A DNA stretch of 64,000 bases, taken from positions 326,982 to 390,981 of the forward strand of contig CAVSDF010000008.1 of the NCBI GenBank assembly GCA_963726715.1, written 5' to 3'. The translations under genes and the position numbers were made by a program. Positions 23,115 through 32,363 of this stretch are shown here, in pieces. Source of the stretch: Rhodothermales bacterium (lineage in GTDB: Bacteria > Bacteroidota > Rhodothermia > Rhodothermales > BA12). Within the stretch, counting starts at the first letter, position 1. Every line of letters starts with the position of its first letter. The notes below the pieces were generated by a model. That model had not been told where the DNA came from and made no database searches. It was given only the letters and a program-made list of their open reading frames with translations.

Positions 23115-23164
23115 AAGACCAGAGAGATAAAGACAAAGACAAACAGAAACGCCTCCCACCACCT

Positions 23165-23189
23165 GTAGGGGCGGGTCTCAGACCCGCCC
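23165..23189. repeat. REP-like hairpin, GTAGGGGC family (GGGTC/GACCC interior)
   Basis: GTAGGGGCGGGTCT-ca-GACCCGCCC, between the stop of the 23254 gene and the fahA start. Preceded by an unusually A/G-rich tract at 23116-23160. Confidence 0.7.
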
Positions 23190-23253
23190 GCTCCGCCACG
23201 ATCATCCCCTCAAACCCACCACCCCCCGATCCGTCCCCGTCACGCGGCGCGTG

Positions 23254-24174
23254 TCATGGAGCCAGCCGGACGCCCATCGCCCGAAGATCGTCGACCGGCT
23301 CGTCGAACGAGCACGAGCCGACCGAGAGCGCGAACACCGTCCGCGCCTCCGCCACCGCATCGCCGCCAAGCACGAGATCGCGGTAGGCGAGCGAACCGTC
23401 GGGAAGGAGATGCCACGCCGTCGGGTCGTCATCCCCGAGCACCGCGGGCAGCGCCGACGCATCGAGGGCGCCCGTGTGGACGAGCGCCGCGCCGCCGAAG
23501 ACGCCGAGGAAGCCGTGCATCGGCAGGCCGCCGCGCGTGCCGGGGAGCGGGTGGTGCAGGCCCGCCGTCGCCTTGAACGCGACGCCCGCGCGGTGCGCCG
23601 CCCCGATGGCCGCCCCGAGCGCGTCGGCGGACGGAAACGCCTCCGGCGTGAGGCCACCCGTGCGCAGTTTGAGCACCGCCCCGGCGTCGCGGATTGCTGC
23701 GAGGAGGTCGCCAAACCCATCGCCCTGCATCGCCCACGGCACCTCGACGGCGATCCGCACATCGGGTGCCGCCTCCCGTCCGGCGGCGAGCAGGCGGGCG
23801 AGAGCGGCAGGGGCGGCGAGGATGGCGTCGGGGGGACGGATTTCGAGCACGTCGGCGGTGATCGCCCAATGCGCATCGGTGAGCGTGGCGGCGCGGGCGA
23901 GGTCGCGGCGGAGCGAGTCGATCGCCTCGGGGGGCGTCGCATCGGCGCTGAGCGGCGTGGCGAGGACGGCGAGCGACACGTCGAGGTCCGCCGGCAGGCG
24001 CGCGGCGAGAGCGTCGGCGGCGGCGATGGGGACGACGAAGCGCCCGAGCATTCCCGCCTCCGGACGCGCGCGGTGCGCGGCGAACTCCGCCGCGGCCCGG
24101 TCGAGCGGGAGGGCGGCGGGAGGGAAGAGGCCCGCGTAGTCGACGAGGCGGGTGAGGAGCGGGTGCGGGGTCAC
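23254..24174 (-). CDS. conserved hypothetical protein
   Basis: ORF 23254..24261; a GTG at 24174 (VTPHPLLTRLVDYAGLFPP...) is a plausible start. GC-rich third positions and non-repetitive composition. No family recognised. Confidence 0.5.
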   Translation of the reverse strand: MTPHPLLTRLVDYAGLFPPAALPLDRAAAEFAAHRARPEAGMLGRFVVPIAAADALAARLPADLDVSLAVLATPLSADATPPEAIDSLRRDLARAATLTDAHWAITADVLEIRPPDAILAAPAALARLLAAGREAAPDVRIAVEVPWAMQGDGFGDLLAAIRDAGAVLKLRTGGLTPEAFPSADALGAAIGAAHRAGVAFKATAGLHHPLPGTRGGLPMHGFLGVFGGAALVHTGALDASALPAVLGDDDPTAWHLLPDGSLAYRDLVLGGDAVAEARTVFALSVGSCSFDEPVDDLRAMGVRLAP

Positions 24175-24445
24175 GGAGGCGGAGCGGGAACGTGGAAGGC
24201 AGACGGCAGGCGCGGCGGCGCGGTTCCGGGGTCGGCAGACGGCGCATCCGGGCGACTGCATCTGAAAGATCGGAGGGCGCCGGGCGGTAGCGGTGGCATC
24301 GTGCGCGGCGGTTCACAGAACCTCGACAGGCGATGCCGGGTACGCGACGGGTTCTCTGCCCCCGCAGGCACCGGCCCGATCCGTTCGCGCCGCCACCCGA
24401 ACGGGGCCGTCCGTCTCTCCACCACCACCCATCCAGCATTTCACG

Positions 24446-25639
24446 ATGACGCGATTTCTGACCCTCGGCGCGCTCGTTTTCGGCGGCCTCGTGCTCGCCG
24501 GCGCCGGCTGCTCCAGCGACCCCAACGTCGAAGGCGCCAAGCTCAACCTCCGCAACCGCGACTACGCCGCGGCCCTCACCAATGTGAACGCGGCGCTCGC
24601 CAAGAACCCCGCCAACGCCGAAGCCCTCGACATCAAGGGCCAGATCCTGCTCGCGCAGGCCCTCGCTGCGACCGACGCGGCAGAGTCCGGACGCCTCGGC
24701 GCTCAGGCGGCGGAAGCCTACCGCGCCGCCGCGAGCGCCGACCCGAAGCGCGCCGAAGCCTCGGCGAACGCCGTCGGGCAGATCTACGCGCAGCTCTTCA
24801 CGCGCGGCGTGACGGCCTTCAACGCAGGCCAGACCGACGCGACGCGCTACACCGTCGCGGCCGATTACTTCAGCGCCGCCTCGATGGTCGCGCCCGACTC
24901 GGCCGACCCGTACATCAACCGCGCCTTCGCCTACATCAACGGCGGACGGCAGGCCGAGGCCATTCCGGCGCTCGAAACCGCCATCCAGCGCGGCGTCAAC
25001 TCGCCCGACGTCTACCTCAACCTCGCCCAGATCCACGGGCAGGCGCGCAACTTCGACCAGCAGGTCTCGGTCCTGGAGCGCGCCGAGCAGGCGATGCCGA
25101 CGAACGAGGACATCAAGCGCCAACTCCTCACGGCCTACGTGATGGCCGGGCAGGCGGGCCGCGCGATGGAGCGGTACAACTCGCAGGTCGCCGCCGAGCC
25201 GCGCAACGCGGTCTACCGGTACAACTACGGCTCGCTGCTTCTCGAGGCCAACTTCTACGACCAGGCCATCGAGCAGCTCACCTTCGCCACGACCCTCGAC
25301 CCGACGAACGCCAACGCGTTCTACAACCTCGGCGCTTCCTACATCAACAAGGCCGTCAAGGTGAACGAGCAGTACCAGTCGGCCGACTCCTCCCTCAGCG
25401 CCGTGCGCGCATCGCTCACCCCTGAGCAGCGCACGGCCCGCGAGGCCGCACTCGCCGCCATCGGCGAGAGCCGCACGGCGCTCTTCCGCCAGGCCGTCGC
25501 CCCGCTCCGCCAGGGCCTCGAACTGATGCGGGTGCGCGAGATGGAGACGACGGAGATCTGCCGCGCGCTCTTCCAGAGCCTCGCCAACACCGGCGCGACC
25601 CAGGAAGCGCAGCAGTACGCCACCTGCGCGGGGATGTAA
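24446..25639 (+). CDS. TPR-repeat lipoprotein
   Basis: ATG 24446 in ORF 24293..25639. MTRFLTLGALVFGGLVLAGAGC is a lipoprotein signal. Repeated TPR-like units (NPANAEALDIKGQILLAQ, DPTNANAFYNLGASY). Confidence 0.7.
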   Translation: MTRFLTLGALVFGGLVLAGAGCSSDPNVEGAKLNLRNRDYAAALTNVNAALAKNPANAEALDIKGQILLAQALAATDAAESGRLGAQAAEAYRAAASADPKRAEASANAVGQIYAQLFTRGVTAFNAGQTDATRYTVAADYFSAASMVAPDSADPYINRAFAYINGGRQAEAIPALETAIQRGVNSPDVYLNLAQIHGQARNFDQQVSVLERAEQAMPTNEDIKRQLLTAYVMAGQAGRAMERYNSQVAAEPRNAVYRYNYGSLLLEANFYDQAIEQLTFATTLDPTNANAFYNLGASYINKAVKVNEQYQSADSSLSAVRASLTPEQRTAREAALAAIGESRTALFRQAVAPLRQGLELMRVREMETTEICRALFQSLANTGATQEAQQYATCAGM

Positions 25640-25819
25640 CGCCCGCCCGACTCTCCGGTCCTCGCGCCCGGCTCTCCGACGGAGGGCCGGGCGCGTCTGG
25701 TTTCTGTGGATGGGGTACGCTGCGCAACATCGGCGCCCCATCCACATCCCTCGACGCCCCGCCGAACCCCGCGCGCGCCTCCGTCGTGCCACCGCCCGAT
25801 CCTCCAACCCGCTTCCCCC

Positions 25820-27022
25820 ATGTCCACACCCGAGATCTACCCGCCCGACGGCCTCGCCTACGCCGATCAGGGCTTCGGCACCCGCTGCGTCCACGCCGGG
25901 CAGGCGCCCGACCCGGCGACGGGCGCCGTGATGACGCCCGTCTACTTCACGTCGACGTTCGCGCAGACCGCCCCGAACGAGCACCTCGGCTACGACTACA
26001 GCCGCGCCGACCACCCGACGCGCCGCGCCCTCGAAGGCAACCTCGCCAGCCTGGAGGGCGCCCGCCACGGCGTCGCCTTCGCGTCCGGGACGGCGGCGAT
26101 GGACGCGATTCTCAAGCGCCTGCGCCCCGGCGACCACGTCGTCACCACGAACGACCTCTACGGCGGCTCCTTCCGCCTCTTCACGCAGGTCTTCGCGCCC
26201 TTCGGCATCGCCTTCACGTTCGTCGACATGCGCGACGCGGCAGCCGTCGAGGCGGCGATGCGGCCCGAGACGAAGCTCCTCTGGATCGAGACGCCGACGA
26301 ACCCGCTCCTGCGCGTCGTCGACATCCGCGCCCTCGCGGCCATCGGACGTGCGCACGGCGCCTGGGTGGCCGTCGACAATACCTTCGCCACGCCCGCGCT
26401 CCAGCAGCCGCTCGCCCTCGGCGCCGACCTGGTCCTCCACAGCGCCACCAAGTACCTCGGCGGGCACTCCGACGTCATCCTCGGCGCCGTCCTGACCGAC
26501 GATCCGGAGTGGCACGAGGCGCTGCGCTTTCAGGTGAAGGCGAGTGGCGCGTGCCCCGGCCCGATGGACTGCTTCCTCGTCCTCCGCGGCACCAAAACGC
26601 TCCACCTGCGCATCGAACGCCACTGCGAGACCGCGATGAAGGTGGCGACGATGCTGCGCGACCACCCCGCCGTCGCAGAGGTCTATTATCCCGGCCTCGC
26701 CTCGCACGATGGCCACGCGGTCGCCGCCGGACAGATGGCGTTTCGCGGGCGCCCGGCCTTCGGCGGGATGGTCTCGTTCGTCCTCGTGGACGACACCGTC
26801 GAAGCCGCGACGCGGATGGTAACCGCCACGCACCTCTTCACGCTCGCCGAGAGCCTCGGCGGCGTCGAGAGCCTGATCGAGCACCCGGCGACGATGACGC
26901 ACGCCTCGATTCCGCCCGAGGAGCGCCAGAAGGCCGGTTTCCGCGACAGCCTCGTCCGCCTCTCGGTAGGTGTCGAAGACGCCGACGACCTCATCAACGA
27001 CCTCCGGCGGGCGTTGGGATGA
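25820..27022 (+). CDS. Cys/Met-metabolism PLP enzyme (cystathionine gamma-synthase/gamma-lyase/beta-lyase family)
   Basis: ATG 25820 in ORF 25706..27022. YSRADHPTR, DNTFATP, HSATKYLGGHSD (PLP lysine) and ESLGGVESLIEHPATMTHA. Confidence 0.85.
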   Translation: MSTPEIYPPDGLAYADQGFGTRCVHAGQAPDPATGAVMTPVYFTSTFAQTAPNEHLGYDYSRADHPTRRALEGNLASLEGARHGVAFASGTAAMDAILKRLRPGDHVVTTNDLYGGSFRLFTQVFAPFGIAFTFVDMRDAAAVEAAMRPETKLLWIETPTNPLLRVVDIRALAAIGRAHGAWVAVDNTFATPALQQPLALGADLVLHSATKYLGGHSDVILGAVLTDDPEWHEALRFQVKASGACPGPMDCFLVLRGTKTLHLRIERHCETAMKVATMLRDHPAVAEVYYPGLASHDGHAVAAGQMAFRGRPAFGGMVSFVLVDDTVEAATRMVTATHLFTLAESLGGVESLIEHPATMTHASIPPEERQKAGFRDSLVRLSVGVEDADDLINDLRRALG

Positions 27023-27089
27023 GGATGATTGGATGTGGATGATGGGGAATTGGGGATGGCGCGGTGTCCGGGAGAGTCGTGCGGTGGCC

Positions 27090-27116
27090 GTAGGGGCGGG
27101 TCTCCGACCCGCCCCC
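27090..27116. repeat. REP-like hairpin, GTAGGGGC family
   Basis: GTAGGGGCGGGTCT-cc-GACCCGCCCCC. It follows a 47-nt C-free tract (27013-27059) that begins at the stop codon of the PLP-enzyme gene. Confidence 0.7.
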
Positions 27117-27388
27117 CCACCGCGCACCCACCCCGCGCTGCCCCATCTCCGAACCTATTCCCGCGCTTCGCCTCACGGCGCACCCATCCCCACGCCGTGC
27201 GTCGGCCCCGCGCTCACCGGCTCCGCACGTTCCGTTGTGTTCGGGGGGCCGGGGTTGGCGGGCAGAGGCAGGCGTCGGGCCGTAGAGACGCCCGTCATGG
27301 ACCTCTCAACGTCCCATCGGCCACGTCCGGCGCAACCCGGCCCGTGCGGGCGCGTCTACGCGACACGCCCGTCCGACGCCCCGCACCG

Positions 27389-28237
27389 ATGTCCACCGCC
27401 CTCGTCCGAACCGATCACCCGATGCCCTACGACGACTCGCGCGAAACCGTCCGCGACGTGCTCGCGCACTTCACCGACGACGACGACCGCTTCCTCGTCG
27501 AACTGCTGCAGAGCCAGCTCAACCGCACGAGCGACGCGGCGATGCAGACCCGCATCGACGCCCACGCGGCCGCCCCGACGCCCGCGACCCGCGCCGCCCT
27601 CGACGCCGAGATCGAGCGCGCCCTCGCCTACCTCGGCTCCTCCGACGTCGCCTACGTCCTCCGCGAGGCCTCCGGCCAGACGCCCGGCGTATCGCTCGAC
27701 GAGGTCGTGGACGATGCGGCCAAAGCGCTCGGCATCGCCATCCCCAGGCGGGCGATGTCGTTCCGGCGGCGCGTCGAGGCGGTCGCCGAAGCGCACGCGG
27801 CGAAGACGCTGGCCGGGATGACGCCCGAGGCGCAGCAGCGCTTCCTCGAAGACGCCGGCGTCGAGCGGCAGCAGGCGGCGCGGTTCGTCAAGACCGCCGC
27901 GGGCGTGTTCGCCTTTCCGGCGCTCGTGGCGGCGTTCGAGGCGCTCGTCGTCGAGCGGCTGCTGCGCGGCGTCGTCTTCGGCACCATCGCCAAGCTCGTC
28001 GGGCGGCGCATCTCGGGTGCGCTCTTCGGCGCCCTCCTCGCCCGCACGCCGTGGTGGCTGCGCGCGATCGGCCCGGCGTCGCTCGCCCTCTCGGTCGGGT
28101 GGACCCTCGTCGACCTTGCCGGACCGGCCCTCCGCAAAACCGTGCCCGCGGTGCTCTACCTCGGCCTCGTCAGCCACCGCGCCCGCCTCGCATCGGGGGA
28201 GGGCGAAGACCCACACGACGCCACCGCGCGCGTCTGA
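27389..28237 (+). CDS. hypothetical protein, possibly YaaW/UPF0174-like
   Basis: ATG 27389 in ORF 27029..28237. The C-terminal ...LAGPALRKTVPAVLYLGLVSHR resembles, from memory, the end of E. coli YaaW. Hydrophobic C-terminal third. Confidence 0.45.
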   Translation: MSTALVRTDHPMPYDDSRETVRDVLAHFTDDDDRFLVELLQSQLNRTSDAAMQTRIDAHAAAPTPATRAALDAEIERALAYLGSSDVAYVLREASGQTPGVSLDEVVDDAAKALGIAIPRRAMSFRRRVEAVAEAHAAKTLAGMTPEAQQRFLEDAGVERQQAARFVKTAAGVFAFPALVAAFEALVVERLLRGVVFGTIAKLVGRRISGALFGALLARTPWWLRAIGPASLALSVGWTLVDLAGPALRKTVPAVLYLGLVSHRARLASGEGEDPHDATARV

Positions 28238-28246
28238 CGCCCCGAA

Positions 28247-29869
28247 TCACGCGCGCAGATCGGCGACGAGCGCGGCAGCGGTTTCGGTGTCGAGGTCGTG
28301 GATGCGGAGGCCGAGCGCCGGACCGGCGGCGGTGTCGACGACGACGCTGGCGAGGCTGCGACGGCGCTGCATCCACGTGGCCCGCTGCGTGACGGCCTGC
28401 GTGCGGTCGCGCGGGACGCTCCGCCGCGTGCGCCAGAACGCGCCACTTTCGACGTGGAGGGCGTCATCGGTGAGGGCGTAGCGGTGCGCCCGCGCCTGCG
28501 CCCACGCGAGGCCGACGGCGAGCGGCACGAGCGCCACGCCCCAGAGCGCCCACAGCGACAGCCACGCCCCGATGGCGGGCACGAGCGCCGCGGCGGCGGC
28601 GTAGCGCACGCCCAGCCGCCGCGCGTGCAGCGGCGAGGGCGGATGCCACGCGTCGACCGGCGCGAGCAGACGAACGGAGGCGACGAGGGCGTCTGCTTCG
28701 GCGAGCCGCGCGAGCGGGGCAAGGGCGTCGAGCGAGCCGCCCGCGCCGCCCTTCGACGACGAGGCGCCGAGCATCTGCACATCGAGGCGGACGAAGCCCG
28801 CGCGGCGCATCACGGCGTGGCTGCGGCGAACGAACGCCTGCACACGCCCGCGCGGGAGCGTGCGCGTCCACCGGCTGACCAGCCCACCGCGCGTGTGGAG
28901 GCGCGGGCCGTCGTCGGTGAGCACGAAGCCCGCGTAGTGCAGCACCGTCGTCACGATCCCCGCCGCCCACGCGATGCCGATGCCGAGCGCGACGAACAAC
29001 GCCGCCGCGACCGCCGGATGCGCCCCGACGAGGCTGCGGACGGCGGAAAGGCGCGAGTCGTAGGCGAGTTCGCGCAGGTCCTCCGGCTGAAATCCGGCCA
29101 GTTGGAGCGCCGAGTACGCGACGGCGAGGTACCCGAGCGACACGCGGTAGAGTCCCGCGCGGAGCAGCCGCGCCCCCGTCAGCCGGAAGAGCGCGACATC
29201 CCCCACCGCTTCGGGTGTCCCTCGGCGCGTCGGCTCCTCACCGACCGATCCGTCGGAATGGGCCATTCGAGCTGTTTCTGGCGCGTCCAGAAGTCGACCG
29301 ACCGGTCGCTCCATCCCGACACTCCCTGTCTTCGCGTCGCGGAGAACCCGGCTCAGGCGCTCGGCCTCATCGGCCGAGACGTAGGCGAGCGTCGCCTCGG
29401 CGCCCGTTCCCGAGCCGGTCATCAGGTGGACGCGCGCGGTGCCGAGGAGCCGCGCGAGAAGCGGACGCTCGACCTCGACGGCCTGCACGCGGTCGTACGG
29501 CAACGCCCGGTGCTGCCGCGCGAAAATCCCGCTCTCGACCTCGACACCCGACGCCGTCAGCCGGTACCGAAAGCGCAGGAACCGCGCGACGACGAGCGGG
29601 CCGAACACGACGAGCGACACCAGGCCCAGCGCGAGCGTCGACACGAACTGCCCCGTCCCACCGCGCCCCATCCACACCGGCAACCCGACGATCAGCAGCG
29701 GCAACAGCGCCCCGGATGCGTCGTGCGCGATGGTGAGCGGGTGGAGGCGATGCCATGCAGAGCCGTCAGAAATCAGTTTCAGACCGATCGGTCGCTCCGA
29801 CCCAGACTCCGCCGGGGGACGAAGACCGATCGGTCCGTCGGCGGATGTGTCGTCGTGCGGCAGCGTCAT
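28247..29869 (-). CDS. membrane protein with tandem bacterial PH (bPH_2/DUF304) domains, YdbT-like
   Basis: ATG 29869, 5 nt after the ydbS-like stop. WHRLHPLTI, then a TM pair, then ...YRLTASGVEVESGIFARQHRALPYDRVQAVEV..., with the unit repeated three times. Confidence 0.7.
   Translation of the reverse strand: MTLPHDDTSADGPIGLRPPAESGSERPIGLKLISDGSAWHRLHPLTIAHDASGALLPLLIVGLPVWMGRGGTGQFVSTLALGLVSLVVFGPLVVARFLRFRYRLTASGVEVESGIFARQHRALPYDRVQAVEVERPLLARLLGTARVHLMTGSGTGAEATLAYVSADEAERLSRVLRDAKTGSVGMERPVGRLLDAPETARMAHSDGSVGEEPTRRGTPEAVGDVALFRLTGARLLRAGLYRVSLGYLAVAYSALQLAGFQPEDLRELAYDSRLSAVRSLVGAHPAVAAALFVALGIGIAWAAGIVTTVLHYAGFVLTDDGPRLHTRGGLVSRWTRTLPRGRVQAFVRRSHAVMRRAGFVRLDVQMLGASSSKGGAGGSLDALAPLARLAEADALVASVRLLAPVDAWHPPSPLHARRLGVRYAAAAALVPAIGAWLSLWALWGVALVPLAVGLAWAQARAHRYALTDDALHVESGAFWRTRRSVPRDRTQAVTQRATWMQRRRSLASVVVDTAAGPALGLRIHDLDTETAAALVADLRA
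29243..29307. repeat. pair of GACCGATCGGTC-type palindromes inside the ydbT-like gene (linker)
   Basis: GACCGATCCGTC at 29243-29254 and GACCGACCGGTC at 29296-29307, each one mismatch from the perfect palindrome. Confidence 0.8.
29782..29835. repeat. pair of perfect GACCGATCGGTC palindromes inside the 5' end of the ydbT-like gene
   Basis: Perfect 12-mers at 29782-29793 and 29824-29835. Confidence 0.9.
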
Positions 29870-29874
29870 CGGCG

Positions 29875-30341
29875 TCACAGGTCGTCGTCGCCCGAGCGGG
29901 CGCGGAGGGTGTCGCGCAGGGCTTCGGCGTCGGCGAGGGCGAGGCCGGGAAGCGTGACGGAGGCGTCGTGGGTGCCGGCGGTGTGGACGACGAGGCGGGC
30001 GAGGCCGTGCTCGCGCTCGATGAGGCCCGCAACACGTCGATGTGCTGGACGCGCACGACGGGCACGACGGTTTCGGCGCGTGTCACGACGCCCCGCGCGA
30101 GCACGAGCGCATCGGCGTCGAGGGCGTAGCGCCAGGCGGCGTAACGGCGCGGCACGTAGACGCCGAGGTAGAGGACGGCGGCCACCACGACGAGGCCGCT
30201 GACGAGGCCGAGCGGCACGGCGCGGCTGTCGGAGAACACGCGCGCGGCGTCGAAGGCGACCGCCGCGACAGCGAGGGCGCCGAAGCGCAGCCCCGCCGCG
30301 AGGCGCCAGACGGTGCGGACGCGCGGGTCGAGAGGAAGCAT
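29875..30341 (-). CDS. small membrane PH-domain protein, YdbS-like (frame broken near 30022-30035)
   Basis: ATG 30341. Two TM helices, then YALDADALVLARGVVTRAETVVPVVRVQHIDV. The expected continuation GLIEREHGLARLVVHTAGTHDASVTLPGLALADAEALRDTL...DDL* is in the frame of ORF 29875..30384. 467 nt is not divisible by 3. Confidence 0.65.
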
Positions 30342-30408
30342 CGGGCGGAATCGGTGGAACGTCGGCTCGCTCGTACGCACGCACGCCGACCGCGTTGCCG
30401 GTCGCTCG

Positions 30409-31588
30409 TCAGCGCGGGGCGGCGGCGCGGAGGAAGGGGACAACGGCTTCGCTGTAGGCGGTCTCTGTCGCCGGGGAGGAGACGAGATGCACGTGCGCCG
30501 CCTTTTCGAACGCCACGACGCGGACGTTGCCGGGAAAGCCGAGGCTCTCCCGCTCGACGAACCGCGCAGGCGTCGTCACGTCGGCGCGGCTGTAGAGGAC
30601 GAGGACGGGGATGCGGACGCCCGCGAGCAGGTGCCCGAGGCGCATCTCGCCGAGGTGCCCGTCGACGGCGACGCGGTCGAAGACGCCGAGCGTGGCAGCG
30701 GTGACGACGCGCGGCACGCCCATCGCGTCGGCGCGGTCGCGGACGTTGTCGGGGACGCTCGCCATCGGCGAGTCCATCACGACACGGTCGATGGCGACGC
30801 GGGCCTGCTGGCGGCGGGTGGCGAGGTCCGGGCGGTCCATCATCAGCGCCGTCCCCATCGCGCCCATCGAGAAGGCGTAGACGACGACGCGGCGCGTGCC
30901 GTGCGTGGTGGCGAGGTGCTCGAAAGTGCTCGTGAGGTCCTCGGCGAACTGCCACCCCATGTCGGTCGTGCCCGCTTCCGAGCGCCCGCTGTTGCGAAGG
31001 TCGGGGAAGACGGTCAGGCACTGCTCCGACAGACCGGACGCGCGCACGAGCGGCAAATATTTGAGCGCTTTGAGCCGGTTGTCCCACCGCCCGTGGACGA
31101 ACACAACCGCGCAATCGGTCTGAATCGGCCCGGACGCCACGGAATCAGCACCGACCGATTGGTCTCCTACGACCTGCGCCCCATCCAGCGGCGCAGACAC
31201 TGGCACGAACGAAGACGAATCCGCGCTCACCGACCGACCGGTCGGTTGGACGATCCATGCCGAGAGGCTCAGGCCGTCGGGCTGCGACTCGAACGTTTCC
31301 TCGCGGTAGTCGGGGAATCCCCACTCGGCAGGCGTCCACTTGCCATCGAGGGCGAATTCGGCGATCTGCGCCGGGTCGGTGTCGCGTCCTCTCGAAGGTC
31401 ATCGGCGGGTAGGTGCGCACCTCGTGGAGGAAGTACGCGACGGCGCCCGCGAAGGCGACGAGCGCGAGCACGCCGACGACGGCGGCGATGCGGAGAACGA
31501 GGCGCACGGGCGGAGGGCGAAAGCGAGGCAGAAGACACGGCGTGCGGAAGTGTACGGACGCATCATCTGGTTCCGAAGCTCTCGCCAT
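30409..31588 (-). CDS. membrane-anchored alpha/beta hydrolase (frame broken near 31378-31395)
   Basis: The catalytic part is in ORF 30409..31230 (VVFVHGRWDN, nucleophile elbow YAFSMGAMG). The N-terminal TM anchor (RIAAVVGVLALVAFAGAVAYFLHEVRTYPPMTFE) is in the frame of ORF 31145..31909. Shifting one frame gives RDTDPAQIAEFALDGKWTPAEWGFPDYREETFESQPDGLSLSAWIVQP..., joining the two parts. Confidence 0.65.
31154..31243. repeat. pair of GACCGATCGGTC-type palindromes inside the hydrolase gene
   Basis: GACCGATTGGTC at 31154-31165 and GACCGACCGGTC at 31232-31243. Confidence 0.8.
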
Positions 31589-31670
31589 CGTACGTTTCGC
31601 TGGGCTCGCGCGGCGTGTCCCTGGAGCAGGGCGCGCCTCCGGCACCCACTTCCCACGGTCTCCTGCTTCG

Positions 31671-32363
31671 ATGTCCGACGCCTTCGCCTCTCGCCTCGTC
31701 GACTCATGGAACGCCAACGCCGACGCGTGGACCGATGCGGTGCGCGGCGGCGCCATCGCCAGCCGACGCCTCGCAACCGACGCGGCGGTCGTGGCGGCGG
31801 TTGTGGCGGCAGCCGACGGACGGGCCGCGCCGCGTGTGCTCGACGTCGGCTGCGGCGAAGGGTGGCTCGCGCGGGCGCTCGCCGAGCGCGGGTGCGCCGT
31901 CGTCGGCACCGACGTGAGCGCGGCGCTCGTCGCAGCGGCAGCGGCGGCCGGTGGCGGTACGTTCCACGCCCTCGATTACGACGCCCTCACGACGCGCCTC
32001 GCCGGTGACGCGGACGCGCTCGGCGGGCGATTCGATGTCTCCGTCTGCAACTTCGCCCTCCTCGACGACGCCCCCGGCGCGCTCCTCGCGGCCCTCCGCG
32101 GCGCGGCGGCGGACGGCGGCGCGCTCGTCATCCAGACCCTGCACCCGGCGGCACAGAACGGGCCGTACGTCGAGGGATGGCGCGAGGAGACGTTCGCGGC
32201 GATGGGGACGGGGTTCGCGGCGCCGATGCCCTGGTACTTCCGCACCGTCGGCGGGTGGGTCGACGTGGTGCTGCGGGCCGGGTGGACGCTCGCGCGGATC
32301 GACGAGCCGGTCCACCCGGAGACGCATCGCCCGCTCTCGCTTCTGCTCACGGCGCGGGCGTGA
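31671..32363 (+). CDS. class I SAM-dependent methyltransferase
   Basis: ATG 31671 in ORF 31413..32363. Motif I is RVLDVGCGEGWLA, followed by VVGTDVS and VCNFALLD. Confidence 0.75.
   Translation: MSDAFASRLVDSWNANADAWTDAVRGGAIASRRLATDAAVVAAVVAAADGRAAPRVLDVGCGEGWLARALAERGCAVVGTDVSAALVAAAAAAGGGTFHALDYDALTTRLAGDADALGGRFDVSVCNFALLDDAPGALLAALRGAAADGGALVIQTLHPAAQNGPYVEGWREETFAAMGTGFAAPMPWYFRTVGGWVDVVLRAGWTLARIDEPVHPETHRPLSLLLTARA

Noticed and set aside
25640-25819. Possible SAM or other riboswitch upstream of the Cys/Met PLP enzyme gene.
   Set aside because: I found only a terminator-like hairpin for the upstream TPR gene (GCGCCCGGC...GCCGGGCGC, ~25665-25695) and one 10-bp stem (25706-25745). I could not recognise any conserved riboswitch core by eye. 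A covariance-model scan would be needed.
23429-27127. 1232-aa minus-strand ORF, one of several very long ORFs. Others: 12749..15799 minus, 18732..22079 plus, 20254..23064 minus, 36670..38826 and 39052..41844 minus, 37107..42104 plus, 44589..46610 minus, 58505..61279 minus.
   Set aside because: All are Arg/Pro/Gly/Ala-rich with no recognisable motifs. Each lies antisense to, or out of frame with, genes that show strong family signatures. Stop codons are rare in off-frames of very GC-rich DNA, so these are shadow ORFs.
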